DNA of 64,000 bases, from positions 1,856,001 through 1,920,000 of the forward strand of contig CBDFKD010000002.1 of assembly GCA_965248695.1 (NCBI GenBank), read 5' to 3'. Within the stretch, counting starts at the first letter, position 1. Each line of letters opens with the position of its first letter. The position numbers were made by a program, and so were the translations under genes. Below the pieces are notes generated by a model. It was not told where the DNA came from, did not search any database, and saw only the letters and a list, made by a program, of their open reading frames with translations. This stretch comes from Acidobacteriota bacterium (GTDB lineage Bacteria > Acidobacteriota > UBA890 > WLXD01). This document shows positions 30,865 through 40,572 of this stretch, one piece after another.

Positions 30865-31915
30865 CGGCAGCTTCCTCGCCAGACCACCTGAGCACCGCGG
30901 TCCGGAGGCCCTCCTCGCGCGCCGCAATGCGATCGTAGATCTCGGCGATGCGGTGCCACGGGACCACGGTGGAAACCAACTCGCGCGCCGGCAAGTTACC
31001 GTCGACTATGAGCTCCAGAAGATAAGCGGCGTTGCGTCGGATAGTGAAACGAATGTCGCGCGCGTCGATCTCAACGTCGGGGGTGTAGCCACATGAGATC
31101 AAGCTCAACTGCTTACGATAGAACCACTGCGGATCCAGCGGATTGAACGGCGGCTTCGGCTGGCGACGCCCCGGGAAACCCAGCAAGCAGATCCGGCCGC
31201 CTGGCCGCACCAGCTCGACCGCGAGCCGCAGGTCATCCCAGTTGCTGCTGGTGAGCACCACCATGTCGATCCCGGTCTTGGCGGTGCTAGCCGCAATGCG
31301 TTGCCGCATTTCGTCGGTGTGGGTCTTGTCGAACAGGATCCGCGCACCGAGGCGAAGAGCAATTTCCGCCGATGGCAGATCGCTGAACGCAAATACACGG
31401 GCACCAAATCGGCTCGCGACGGCAACCGTGGCAAGCCCGAGGGTTCCCAGCCCGACGACGCCGACGTACTGACCGGGCTTCAGGTCGCCGCGGAGCAGGG
31501 CGCTGTATCCCTGATGGAACAGGTAGGTCGTTGCCGCCTCGACGAGCTGTTGTTCACCGTATTCTCGATGCGGCAGCCGCAACAGGATCTCGTCGTCGGC
31601 ACAGACGAAATGGCTGCGGTGTGATTCGAGCGTGAGGATCAGATCGCCGACCCGAAAGCGGTTCACCCAATCACCGACGGCGATGACTCGCGCCAGGTTG
31701 CAGTAGCCGACAACCTTGCTGAACTTGCGCTCGGGTCGCAACGGCTGCAGCCCCTCATAGGCGGCGACCTCGGTGCCGGGCGAGATCGCTGTGTAGAGCG
31801 TCTCGGCGGCCACCTCACGCTGACCGATGCCCTCGAGGATCAGGGTCTCGCTCTCGATCCGGACCTCGCGCGGTCCGACGATCTGCACCACGTTGGCCTC
31901 TACCGTCGGACGCAT
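30857..31915 (-). CDS. MDR-family (zinc-binding-type) dehydrogenase
   Basis: AISPGTE, VVGYCN, GLGTLG Rossmann motif, VRPGGRI. Confidence 0.82.
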   Translation of the reverse strand: MRPTVEANVVQIVGPREVRIESETLILEGIGQREVAAETLYTAISPGTEVAAYEGLQPLRPERKFSKVVGYCNLARVIAVGDWVNRFRVGDLILTLESHRSHFVCADDEILLRLPHREYGEQQLVEAATTYLFHQGYSALLRGDLKPGQYVGVVGLGTLGLATVAVASRFGARVFAFSDLPSAEIALRLGARILFDKTHTDEMRQRIAASTAKTGIDMVVLTSSNWDDLRLAVELVRPGGRICLLGFPGRRQPKPPFNPLDPQWFYRKQLSLISCGYTPDVEIDARDIRFTIRRNAAYLLELIVDGNLPARELVSTVVPWHRIAEIYDRIAAREEGLRTAVLRWSGEEAADE

Positions 31916-31948
31916 CGTCGTCCGCTGTAGGCAGGGGCAGGCGCGGCG

Positions 31949-32770
31949 TCACCAGTCGCGATAGCGCGTGCCATCGATCGCCTCCGCCTGACTCTTGGAG
32001 TACACATCGAACACATCCTTGCCGCACCAAAGGCGATCCTCCGGCGGCTCACCGTAGCACCGCATGCCCCAGTCCGCCGTGCCGGTAAACGGATCCACTG
32101 GCAACCGCCGCAAGAAGATCAACTTGAACGGTTGGCCGTCGGGTCCGAGAATCGGTTGTTGCTGCGCTGCTTGCCCCTGAGCGGCGCCGAGCAAGCCGCT
32201 CAACCCGCCGCCCGCCTGTTGTCCACCTTGGGCGCCGCCAGGCGAGAACGGGCTCGACCCCGGTCGCTGGCCCGGGCCGCTCAGCGAGCCAAATCCGCCC
32301 CCCGTCTGTCCCTGTGGCTGGATGGTGCCGAAACCGGGCGTCTGTACCGGTGAGCCGGGAATGCCCCCGGCCGGTGCGGCGCCCTGCGCACCGCCCAGCT
32401 GGCCCTGAACGCCGCCTGTGAGGCCCGGCCCGGTAGCGGTGTATGCATCCGACACCGCTGGCGCAACTGGCGGCATCTGACCGAGCAACGGCACGCCCTC
32501 GAGTAACTGATCCAGGCTCACCGGATAGCCGGTCATTCCCTCGTCGACCTGAATCAACCCTGCGTTGGCCGCGTCTCGGTACTGGTCGATGGCATTGCGC
32601 AGTATGCGGAGGCTCTGCTGTAGCTCGTACTCGCGGTTGCGCTTGACCGTCCAACGTGCGAGCGGCAGCGCCGCGGCGGCAAGTATCCCGACGATCGCCA
32701 CGACGATCACCATCTCGATGAGGGTAAAGCCGCCGCTCGTCGGCTCATCTGGTCGATGGACGGGATCCAT
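31949..32770 (-). CDS. GspG-like pseudopilin with long G/Q/P-rich insert
   Basis: GFTLIEMVIVV, REYELQQSL, GYP, FLRRLPVDPFTG, DVFDVYS, YRDW. Confidence 0.88.
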   Translation of the reverse strand: MDPVHRPDEPTSGGFTLIEMVIVVAIVGILAAAALPLARWTVKRNREYELQQSLRILRNAIDQYRDAANAGLIQVDEGMTGYPVSLDQLLEGVPLLGQMPPVAPAVSDAYTATGPGLTGGVQGQLGGAQGAAPAGGIPGSPVQTPGFGTIQPQGQTGGGFGSLSGPGQRPGSSPFSPGGAQGGQQAGGGLSGLLGAAQGQAAQQQPILGPDGQPFKLIFLRRLPVDPFTGTADWGMRCYGEPPEDRLWCGKDVFDVYSKSQAEAIDGTRYRDW

Positions 32771-32774
32771 CACC

Positions 32775-34961
32775 TCACTCCTGGGTCTCGATGGCCGACG
32801 CGCGGAAGGCCACGGGCAGCGGCCGTCCGTCCTCGTCGCGCAGGGCCGCCGAGATAATCTGCACCGGGGTCTGGCCCTCACCGACAACTCGGAAGTGCAA
32901 CGTCGCGAGCACACCGCGAGCCCGTACTCCGCCCACCTGACCGACACGCCCGATTCCGATCGCCACGGTGCCCTGAGTGGCCGCGCTACTGGAGAAGGTC
33001 GTCTCCGAGCCGTCGGAGTCCAACAGACGGCCCTCTCTTGCCTCCACGAACTGGAGAATCTGCGGGTTCCAGTTGACCCGCAGTCCGACGTTGTTGATGT
33101 CGTCGTCGCCGTCGGTGGTTACGTCGACGGTCAGCGTCTGACCCACCTGGGCGCTCTGCTGCTCAGGCATCAGGCTGACGAGGATCGGATCGGTATCGCC
33201 GACCTCCTGACTGTCCTCGGTGTCGCCGCGCGCCCGACCTCGGCCGCCGCGCCGACCACCGCCGCTGATCGCGTCCTCGGTACCGACGTATATCGCCGCG
33301 AGATCGGCTTCGGTGATGTCGGCCATGCGCACGATGTACGGCGTGATCGACATGACGATGTCGGTCTGCAGGACCGCTTGCGAGGTGCTGCCGAAGAGAT
33401 TCTTGAGCAACGGGATCGAGGACAAGATCGGCAAGCCAGTGTAAACCGTGCGTTCGTCATCGCGCAGCAAACCGGCTAATAGATTGGTCTCGCCCTCCAT
33501 CAACCGCAACGTCGTCGTCAACGTGCGAGCGGTGAACACCGGCTGCTCGAGGACGCCGCTCCCCTCCTGCACCGCCGTCACCTGGAGCACCAGCTGCAGG
33601 GTGACGGTGCCGTCGTGGTGCACCCGCGGCGTCGCGTCGATAACGATGCCGACGTCGCGGTACTCCGTGGAGGAGATCGGCACGACGTTGCCACCCACGG
33701 TGCTGGTCGGGTTGAACGTCGTGCTGATGATCGGCCGTTGCTCACCAACCAGCAACGAAGATATCTGGCCGTCTGAGGCGCGCAGTTGCGGCTGTGCGAT
33801 GAGCCGGAACGACGAGTCCTGCTTCATGAACTGGTAGCGCAACGACGGGATCGTCAGGAACGCGTCCTGGGTGGTCAGGCTGCCCAGCTCGGCGAGCGAA
33901 ATGCCAGCCTCGCTCTGGCTGATCGATGCGGTGGTCGAGTAGTCGGGCTGCAGCGACAGCCCGTAGTCATCCATGACCGAGCGGTTGACTTCGAAGATCT
34001 CCACGTTGAGCAGTACTTCGCCGCCGGCCTTGTCTAGTGATCTGACAAGGCGCTCGGCGACCTCGACGACCTCCGCGGAATCGCGGATGGTGACCGCGTT
34101 GAGCGCCGGTGTGGGCATGACCTGACGGGCGCCCAGAATCGTCTGCAACGTGCTGGAGATCTGCTCCGCCTCGCCGTTCGACAGATAGAACGTGCGCATG
34201 ACCTGCGGCGCGTACTGACGCCGCTTCTGCTGCGTGTCATCGGCGATGAGGATCGTGTTCGGCGACATGACCCGGAAGAAGTGGCCGTGCGCCGCGGTCA
34301 GAATCTCCAGGGCGTGCTCGTAGTCGACATCGGCGAGAAAGAACGACGTGTTCGGGTTGTCGACGTCGGGATCGAACAACACGTTGATGCCACCGAGTCT
34401 GCCCATCGCCCGGTAGATGTCCTTGACCCTGGCTCGACGGTAGTCGAACGACATCTGGCCGATGGCATGATGCGCGAGCTCGGGCAACGGCGGCGGCGCA
34501 TTCATCGAAGCATCGACGGCGCGCTCGATGGAGGTGCGTTCCTCCTCGCGGCTGAGCCGCTCTGCCTCCCACGCCTCGGTCACCTTGCGGAGCTCGACAA
34601 CAGCGGCTTGATGGGTGCGATCCAGCCGCACCGCAAGTTCGAGCTCTAGCCGTGCGCGCTGCAGATCGCCATTGGCGGCCAGCGCCTTGCCCTGAACGCG
34701 ATGGAACTGCGACGCGTTCGTCTGCGCCAACAGGAGCTTCGATCTGACGCTGCGATTGCCGGGATCCTCCTTGAGCACCTGCTGGTAGTAGGTGATCGCC
34801 GTGTCCCACTCACCGACGCGAGCGTGCGAGTCAGCTCGCTTCATCACCGTGCCCCCGCTGGCGCACGCCATCGTGCTGATGAGGACCATGAGCAGGCAAA
34901 AGGTGATGGCGCCGTGGCGCCGCCGAGATCTGGCCCTGGTCACACAGACGTTCAGACTCAT
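32775..34961 (-). CDS. secretin (GspD/PilQ family) with N-terminal TPR and C-terminal cohesin-like domain
   Basis: LIAQPQLR, EYRDVGI, GLPILSSIPLLKNLFG, DIVMSITPYIV; C-terminal WNPQILQFV..EG, GVLATLHF. Confidence 0.88.
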   Translation of the reverse strand: MSLNVCVTRARSRRRHGAITFCLLMVLISTMACASGGTVMKRADSHARVGEWDTAITYYQQVLKEDPGNRSVRSKLLLAQTNASQFHRVQGKALAANGDLQRARLELELAVRLDRTHQAAVVELRKVTEAWEAERLSREEERTSIERAVDASMNAPPPLPELAHHAIGQMSFDYRRARVKDIYRAMGRLGGINVLFDPDVDNPNTSFFLADVDYEHALEILTAAHGHFFRVMSPNTILIADDTQQKRRQYAPQVMRTFYLSNGEAEQISSTLQTILGARQVMPTPALNAVTIRDSAEVVEVAERLVRSLDKAGGEVLLNVEIFEVNRSVMDDYGLSLQPDYSTTASISQSEAGISLAELGSLTTQDAFLTIPSLRYQFMKQDSSFRLIAQPQLRASDGQISSLLVGEQRPIISTTFNPTSTVGGNVVPISSTEYRDVGIVIDATPRVHHDGTVTLQLVLQVTAVQEGSGVLEQPVFTARTLTTTLRLMEGETNLLAGLLRDDERTVYTGLPILSSIPLLKNLFGSTSQAVLQTDIVMSITPYIVRMADITEADLAAIYVGTEDAISGGGRRGGRGRARGDTEDSQEVGDTDPILVSLMPEQQSAQVGQTLTVDVTTDGDDDINNVGLRVNWNPQILQFVEAREGRLLDSDGSETTFSSSAATQGTVAIGIGRVGQVGGVRARGVLATLHFRVVGEGQTPVQIISAALRDEDGRPLPVAFRASAIETQE

Positions 34962-34975
34962 CGGTATCGCTCCAT

Positions 34976-36079
34976 TTACTCTCTGGGGTTCTCATCTCGT
35001 CGGAGCGATAGCCGTATGCTCTGGTCGCCGGCTTCCATCTCCACACTCGTAAGATCGACATTCACTACCCGATAGCCGTCCCGCAGCATCTCGCCCCGAC
35101 GCACCAGCAGCACCGTGCCGTCGTCGCTGAGTGTTGCCAACAGCCCATCGCGGGTACGCGTGACGCCGATGAGCTGGTAGGGAGTCACGGGCTCGGGGGT
35201 GAACTGCTCCGCCAGAGCCGCCAGGCTCTGCTCCGCGCTCGGGCTGGCCGCAGTGGCCTGTACCGGAAACGCGAAGAGGTTCCGCCGAGTACGGGTCTGG
35301 GCGGGCGGCGGCGTGTCGAGCAGCTGGAGGCGAAGCTCCAGCTCCTGCGGTGACAGCGGCATCGCCGGGAGGCGCCGCAGACGCTCCGCCAGAGAGCTCG
35401 CCAGCGCCAGCGGATCGGCGCTCTCGATCGGCGCCGCCGCGTCGTCGGGGACCTCCGGGCTTGCGTCGGCGTCTCGTACGAATACGGAGGCCGTCGTCGA
35501 GAGCAGCAGCTGGCCAGTCGGATCGTTCAGTGAAGGCGTCGATGCGCCGATGCGCTCGAGCACTACGAACATCGGTCCGGCCAACAGCTCGTCGAGAAAA
35601 CATCGGAGCTGGCCGTAGCTACCGCGCAGCGGGAGGTCGATTTGCAGCTGCATCAAACCCAGCTCGGGAATCCGCTGTACTGCATAGCCGACGCGCGCCG
35701 CGCCGAGACCGGCCGCGTCGACCGCCGAGCGCAGCGTCGACACAACCTCCGAGACTGCGCCGCCTCCGACGCGCCCGCGCAGCTCCGTGACGCCTGATTC
35801 CGCCTCGAGCACGCGACCGTACACGCCACGAGCGCGGTCCAACGCTGGTCCGAGCGCCGCCTGTGCGGCAACGCCTTCGCGCGACGCCGTGTCAACCGCG
35901 ACGATCGCGCTCCAGCGCGGCCAGGTGAACCCCAGAAAGATCGCCAGGTTGGCGGCCAGCAACAGGACGACACCGAGAATGTGCGGCCGCACCGCACTCC
36001 ACCCAGGGCCGAGATCGATCGATAGCGCGCCGATCTCCGCACCGGGACTCAGCCAGGACGATCTACGGGGCTCGATCAT
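34976..36079 (-). CDS. PilO-like protein with extra C-terminal (PilP/GspC-like) domain
   Basis: TM helix, LPLRGSYGQLR..L, then RRNLFAF and VRRGEML..YRV; after PilN-like gene. Confidence 0.65.
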   Translation of the reverse strand: MIEPRRSSWLSPGAEIGALSIDLGPGWSAVRPHILGVVLLLAANLAIFLGFTWPRWSAIVAVDTASREGVAAQAALGPALDRARGVYGRVLEAESGVTELRGRVGGGAVSEVVSTLRSAVDAAGLGAARVGYAVQRIPELGLMQLQIDLPLRGSYGQLRCFLDELLAGPMFVVLERIGASTPSLNDPTGQLLLSTTASVFVRDADASPEVPDDAAAPIESADPLALASSLAERLRRLPAMPLSPQELELRLQLLDTPPPAQTRTRRNLFAFPVQATAASPSAEQSLAALAEQFTPEPVTPYQLIGVTRTRDGLLATLSDDGTVLLVRRGEMLRDGYRVVNVDLTSVEMEAGDQSIRLSLRRDENPRE

Positions 36080-36735
36080 TGCTCGCCCTGCACGGCTGTG
36101 GTCGATGCCCGGCGCGCCTGCGGCGCGCTGACCTCGGCCGCCGTAGCCTCCGGATCATCTTCGACCTCGACGCGACGGACGTACAGTGCGCGCAGGATCA
36201 TCTGCGACGACCCGTCCGGCAAGATCTGCTCCCGGTCCGGCCAAACCTCGTCGAAGGAAGGGTGCGACTCGAGCTCCAACAGCAGATCCTGCAACGGACC
36301 GGCGTCCCGCGCTGCGGCCGTCATCTGTATCCGCACCGCGCCGTCGCCATCGATTCCTGGCGCCACGACCTCCAGTCGAGCACGCCGTGGGAGCACCTGC
36401 TCCAAGTCCGCGAATATCGAGCGCCAGGGGATGGTCCGCCAGGCGATCAGCTGGTTGCCGCTGGCGACCGCGGTGCCGGCGGCACGAGCCCGCTCGACGT
36501 CGGCGACCGCAGCCAGCCGATCCACTTCGGCCTGCCACTCGGTGAGGGTTGCAGCATCGACGGTGACTACCGGAGCTGCTTCCGGAACGCCGGCACCGCG
36601 CGTGATCCACCCCAGCAGCACCAAGTGCACCAGGGTCACGAGAAGCGCCGAAGCAGCAACATAGGCAACCGTTCGCCGCGCCGCGCGGACGCGCTCGATC
36701 GGTTGGGCCGCGAGGTTGATCGGCAGGCGCTTCAT
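36076..36735 (-). CDS. PilN-like protein
   Basis: INLAAQP, TM helix, PW..IF..LE..LP. Confidence 0.72.
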   Translation of the reverse strand: MKRLPINLAAQPIERVRAARRTVAYVAASALLVTLVHLVLLGWITRGAGVPEAAPVVTVDAATLTEWQAEVDRLAAVADVERARAAGTAVASGNQLIAWRTIPWRSIFADLEQVLPRRARLEVVAPGIDGDGAVRIQMTAAARDAGPLQDLLLELESHPSFDEVWPDREQILPDGSSQMILRALYVRRVEVEDDPEATAAEVSAPQARRASTTAVQGEQ

Positions 36736-37643
36736 CGGCGCAGCGCTCCGGCCATCGCTTCCTCGGGACTCACCCGACGCACGTCGAGATCGACCGCACT
36801 GCAGGCCGCCGCAGTGGCGGTCGCCCAATCGGCGGTGCCACACAGACACACGTGTCCGATGGTCATCTCGAGATGGTCGTTGACGTAGCGACGCAGCGAG
36901 GGCAACTCGTCGGCGACGCGATCACCGTCGACCCGAGCGCGCCACGCACGGTGAAACCGGGGCACGCCCGAAGCCTCGAACAGACACGCGAGCGTTCCAT
37001 CGGCCTCGCACATGATGAGACGCCGGATCGGCTCGCCATCAGCGGCAGACTCGCCAGCAGGCGGTGCGCCGGGGCCGTCGTCGGCCACTGCGGCGGCGAA
37101 CGTCCACGGCACGAGGCGTCCGACCGTCCAGCCGAAGGGATCGACCAGAGATTCGTATTCCTGCAGCAGGCTCGCATCGCCGCCGACACTCAGCATCCAC
37201 CGATCAGGCCCATCCGTGGCCGGGGCTGGCGTCGTCATGATCGACCAGTCGACGCGCGCCGCGTCCGCTTCCATGGGAAGCAGCTCGCGCAGCACCCAGC
37301 GAGCCATGCGACCACCCTCGGTGGCTCCGGGAGCTTCACCCTGTATGGGCGCCGCGGCCACCTTGACCGAGCCATCGGTAATCACCAGGGCCACGAGATC
37401 AGGGCGCCGACGCAACAGACCGTCGCGGCGCGCATCGTCCACGAGCTCGCCCAGCGGTGCCGCGAGCGCCGACCGGTCGGCCGACATCGGCGCCTGCAAT
37501 CCACCGCGCAGCGCGCCTTGCGGCAGTGCTCGAGAGCCGCTGTGCACGACGCTCACCGAGCTGTTTCCGCGCCCCACCAACAGGCGCACTCGGTCCTTGC
37601 CGAGACCCACAGCCACGCGTTCTCTAGTCGCCCAATACCCCAT
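36732..37643 (-). CDS. PilM/GspL-like protein (divergent)
   Basis: Position between ATPase and PilN; RW..RELLP and EYES segments; weak motif support. Confidence 0.55.
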   Translation of the reverse strand: MGYWATRERVAVGLGKDRVRLLVGRGNSSVSVVHSGSRALPQGALRGGLQAPMSADRSALAAPLGELVDDARRDGLLRRRPDLVALVITDGSVKVAAAPIQGEAPGATEGGRMARWVLRELLPMEADAARVDWSIMTTPAPATDGPDRWMLSVGGDASLLQEYESLVDPFGWTVGRLVPWTFAAAVADDGPGAPPAGESAADGEPIRRLIMCEADGTLACLFEASGVPRFHRAWRARVDGDRVADELPSLRRYVNDHLEMTIGHVCLCGTADWATATAAACSAVDLDVRRVSPEEAMAGALRR

Positions 37644-37649
37644 ACGGCC

Positions 37650-39284
37650 TCAGTCGACGAAGGTCACCTTGTTGATCTCCTGCAAGGTCGTCAGCCCGGC
37701 CTTGACCTTCTCGAGCGCCGAGTCCCGCAGGAACTTGATTCCCTCGCTGGCCGCCTGGCGTCGAATCTCGGAGGTCGGCCGGCGCCCCAAGATCATCTCG
37801 CGCACTGTGTCGGACAGATCGAGTAGCTCGGCGATCACGGTGCGCCCGTAGTAACCCGTGCCGCGGCACTCGGCGCAGCCAGCGCCCTCGCACAGCTGCC
37901 CGTCTTCCAGATCACGTTGGCTCAGTCCCGAGTCCTGTAGCAGCCGAGCGCTCGGCTGCACGGTTCTCTTGCACTGGTTGCAGATCAGCCGTACCAACCG
38001 CTGCGCGAGCACGCAGTTGAGCGCTGACACGAACTGATACTCCTCGACCTCCATATTCATCAGGCGACCGATGACATCCACGACGTTGTTGGCGTGCACG
38101 GTGGTAAAGACCAGATGGCCCGTGAGCGCGGACTGGACGGCGATGTTGGCCGTCTCCGGGTCGCGGATCTCACCGACCATGATGATGTCGGGGTCGTGGC
38201 GCAGCACCGATCGGAGCCCGCGCGCGAACGTCAGCCCCTTCTTCTCGTTGACTGGAATCTGCGTAATACCCGGCAGCTGGTACTCGACCGGATCCTCGAT
38301 GGTGATGAGCTTTTGTTCCTCGCTGCGGATCTCGGACAGCGCCGCGTACAGCGTCGTCGTCTTGCCGGAGCCCGTCGGACCGGTGACCAGGAACATGCCG
38401 TACGGCTCGCGGCTGTACTTGCGGATCTTGATCATGTCGGTGTCGGTAAAACCGAGGGTGTCGAGGCGCAGCTCGGAGAACTCCTCCGACAGATACTCCT
38501 TGTCGAGGATGCGGATGACCGCGTCCTCACCGTGTATCGAGGGCATGATCGAGACGCGAAAATCCACTTTCCGGCTCTGTAGGTTGAGCTTGAAGCGACC
38601 GTCCTGAGGGATCCGCTTCTCGGCGATATCGAGGTCGGACATCACCTTCACGCGCGACAGGATGGCGTCGTGGTGGCGGAGCTCGATGGGTTCCATTGCC
38701 GGATACAGGACACCGTCGACGCGGTACTTGATCCAGACGGCGTCGTCGCGTGTCTCGACGTGAATATCCGAGGCGCGACGCTCGAGCGCGTTGAGTATTG
38801 TCGTATCCACCAGCCGCACGATCGGGTGTCCGCCATCTGTGGCGAGGCCGGCCAGCGTAAGGCCGTCTTCCTCCTCGGCATCGGGAGCGCCGCCGGACTC
38901 GAATGTCTCCTGTACAGCGGCGAGGATGCGCTCACCGGCGCCGGCGCGCCGTAGTGCCCGCTGCACGGCGTCGGGTGCGGCAGCGCGGACCGCAACGGCG
39001 GTGTCGAGCAGACCCTCGAGCGCGTCGAGCGCCGAGACATCGGCCGGGTCGGACATTGCGACCGCGAGCGCGTCACCCTCGCGGCACAACGGTATGAAGG
39101 CGTGGCGAACCATCAGCTCGATCGGGACGTGGGCCAGGAGCGCGCGATCGAGCTGCACCTCATCGAGGTCAACGTACGGGATGCCGAGCTCGTCGGCTCG
39201 CCGTTCGTGCGCCGACAGCAGCTCCGCGCCGCCCTCTCCGGCGAGCGGATCGCGCCGCTCATTCGGCCCCGTTGGCGCCTTCAT
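37650..39284 (-). CDS. gspE: GspE/PulE-family secretion ATPase
   Basis: ASDIHVE, PQDGRF, GPTGSGKTT, TIEDPVE, LRHDPD, CNQC and CAEC. Confidence 0.92.
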   Translation of the reverse strand: MKAPTGPNERRDPLAGEGGAELLSAHERRADELGIPYVDLDEVQLDRALLAHVPIELMVRHAFIPLCREGDALAVAMSDPADVSALDALEGLLDTAVAVRAAAPDAVQRALRRAGAGERILAAVQETFESGGAPDAEEEDGLTLAGLATDGGHPIVRLVDTTILNALERRASDIHVETRDDAVWIKYRVDGVLYPAMEPIELRHHDAILSRVKVMSDLDIAEKRIPQDGRFKLNLQSRKVDFRVSIMPSIHGEDAVIRILDKEYLSEEFSELRLDTLGFTDTDMIKIRKYSREPYGMFLVTGPTGSGKTTTLYAALSEIRSEEQKLITIEDPVEYQLPGITQIPVNEKKGLTFARGLRSVLRHDPDIIMVGEIRDPETANIAVQSALTGHLVFTTVHANNVVDVIGRLMNMEVEEYQFVSALNCVLAQRLVRLICNQCKRTVQPSARLLQDSGLSQRDLEDGQLCEGAGCAECRGTGYYGRTVIAELLDLSDTVREMILGRRPTSEIRRQAASEGIKFLRDSALEKVKAGLTTLQEINKVTFVD

Positions 39285-40558
39285 CCCACCACCTGCACGG
39301 TCTGAAACAACGGCAGGTAGAGCGACATCAGGATGCCCGCAACGAGCAGGCCCATGGTGACGAGCATCGCCGGCTCCATGAGGCCGACGGCGGTGGTTAC
39401 CTGTCTGTCGAGGGTGTCGTCGTAGGTCGTGGCGACGTGTTCGAGCATCTCTTCTAGTGCTCCCGTCGACTCCCCAACCTGCACCATCTCGAGGCCGAGA
39501 GGTTCGAGCATCCCGTACGCCTCGAATGCCGAGTGCAGGCTGGTGCCGTGGGTGACCTCCTCGGACACCTGCACGAGGCGGCGGCGGAAAGCGCGATTGC
39601 TAGTGCCCTCGGCGGTCACACGCAGCGCCGCCACGAGCGGAGCCCCGCCGCGCAGCAGGGTCGCCAAGGTGCGCGCTGTCTCCAGGCCGCAGTAACGCCG
39701 CAGCAACGCGCCGACAACCGGCAGCCGCAGCTTCCACTCATCGACTGACTCACGGCCGACCGCTGTCTTCGCCCACCGCCGCAGGGCCCAGATGCCAGCG
39801 GCAACCAGGACCAACAGCAGCACCCCGTAGCCCGAGACGAAGCTCGCGAGCCCCAACAGGGCGCGGGTCGTGAACGGCAGCTCCGCTCCCGAGGAGGCGT
39901 AGAACTCGGCGAACTGCGGGATCACCAACACCAGCAGGATGAGCACCACAGCCAACGACACCGCGGCCAGGACGATCGGGTACATCATCGCCGCATGGAC
40001 CCGCCCTCGCAGCTTCAACGACTTGTCGAGGTGGGTCTGGTAGCGGCGGATCGCCGTCACAAGATCGCCGCTTGCTTCGCCGACCTCCAGCGATGTTACG
40101 AATAGCTCCGGCAGCCGCACTCGCTCGATCTCCGGACGAAACGCGCCTGAGATCCCCTCGCCGCCGACGAGCAACCGGCGAACGCGATCGAGCATGCTGC
40201 CAACCACCGAACCGGCACGCCGCGTGCGCAGGATGTCGACACAACGGAGTAGCGGCAGGCCGGCGTTCACCAACGCGGCGAGCTCCTGACTCAGCATCAG
40301 CAACTCGGCGGGGGCGACGTGCGTCCGCCGTCGCCCAAAGAGCCGTCGGCCGGAATCGGCAGCGCCGCCGCCCAGCTGGATAGACGCCAGCTTGCGCAAT
40401 GTCGGCAAAGCAGTGGACGCGCTGCCCTCGACGATATCGAAGACCTCGAGGCCGTCGGCGGCCAGCTGCTCGCGCGCCGCCGGCACCGATACCGCCGAGA
40501 CATAGCGCTCGGCGATGGCACCGTCGGCGGCGCCGACACGGCAGCGAAACTCGGGCAT
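39281..40558 (-). CDS. gspF: GspF/PilC-family platform protein
   Basis: AGLPL, VGEASG, MMYP, VGESTG, EP, SLYLPLF. Confidence 0.9.
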   Translation of the reverse strand: MPEFRCRVGAADGAIAERYVSAVSVPAAREQLAADGLEVFDIVEGSASTALPTLRKLASIQLGGGAADSGRRLFGRRRTHVAPAELLMLSQELAALVNAGLPLLRCVDILRTRRAGSVVGSMLDRVRRLLVGGEGISGAFRPEIERVRLPELFVTSLEVGEASGDLVTAIRRYQTHLDKSLKLRGRVHAAMMYPIVLAAVSLAVVLILLVLVIPQFAEFYASSGAELPFTTRALLGLASFVSGYGVLLLVLVAAGIWALRRWAKTAVGRESVDEWKLRLPVVGALLRRYCGLETARTLATLLRGGAPLVAALRVTAEGTSNRAFRRRLVQVSEEVTHGTSLHSAFEAYGMLEPLGLEMVQVGESTGALEEMLEHVATTYDDTLDRQVTTAVGLMEPAMLVTMGLLVAGILMSLYLPLFQTVQVVG

Positions 40559-40572
40559 GGGAGCGGGCCTCG

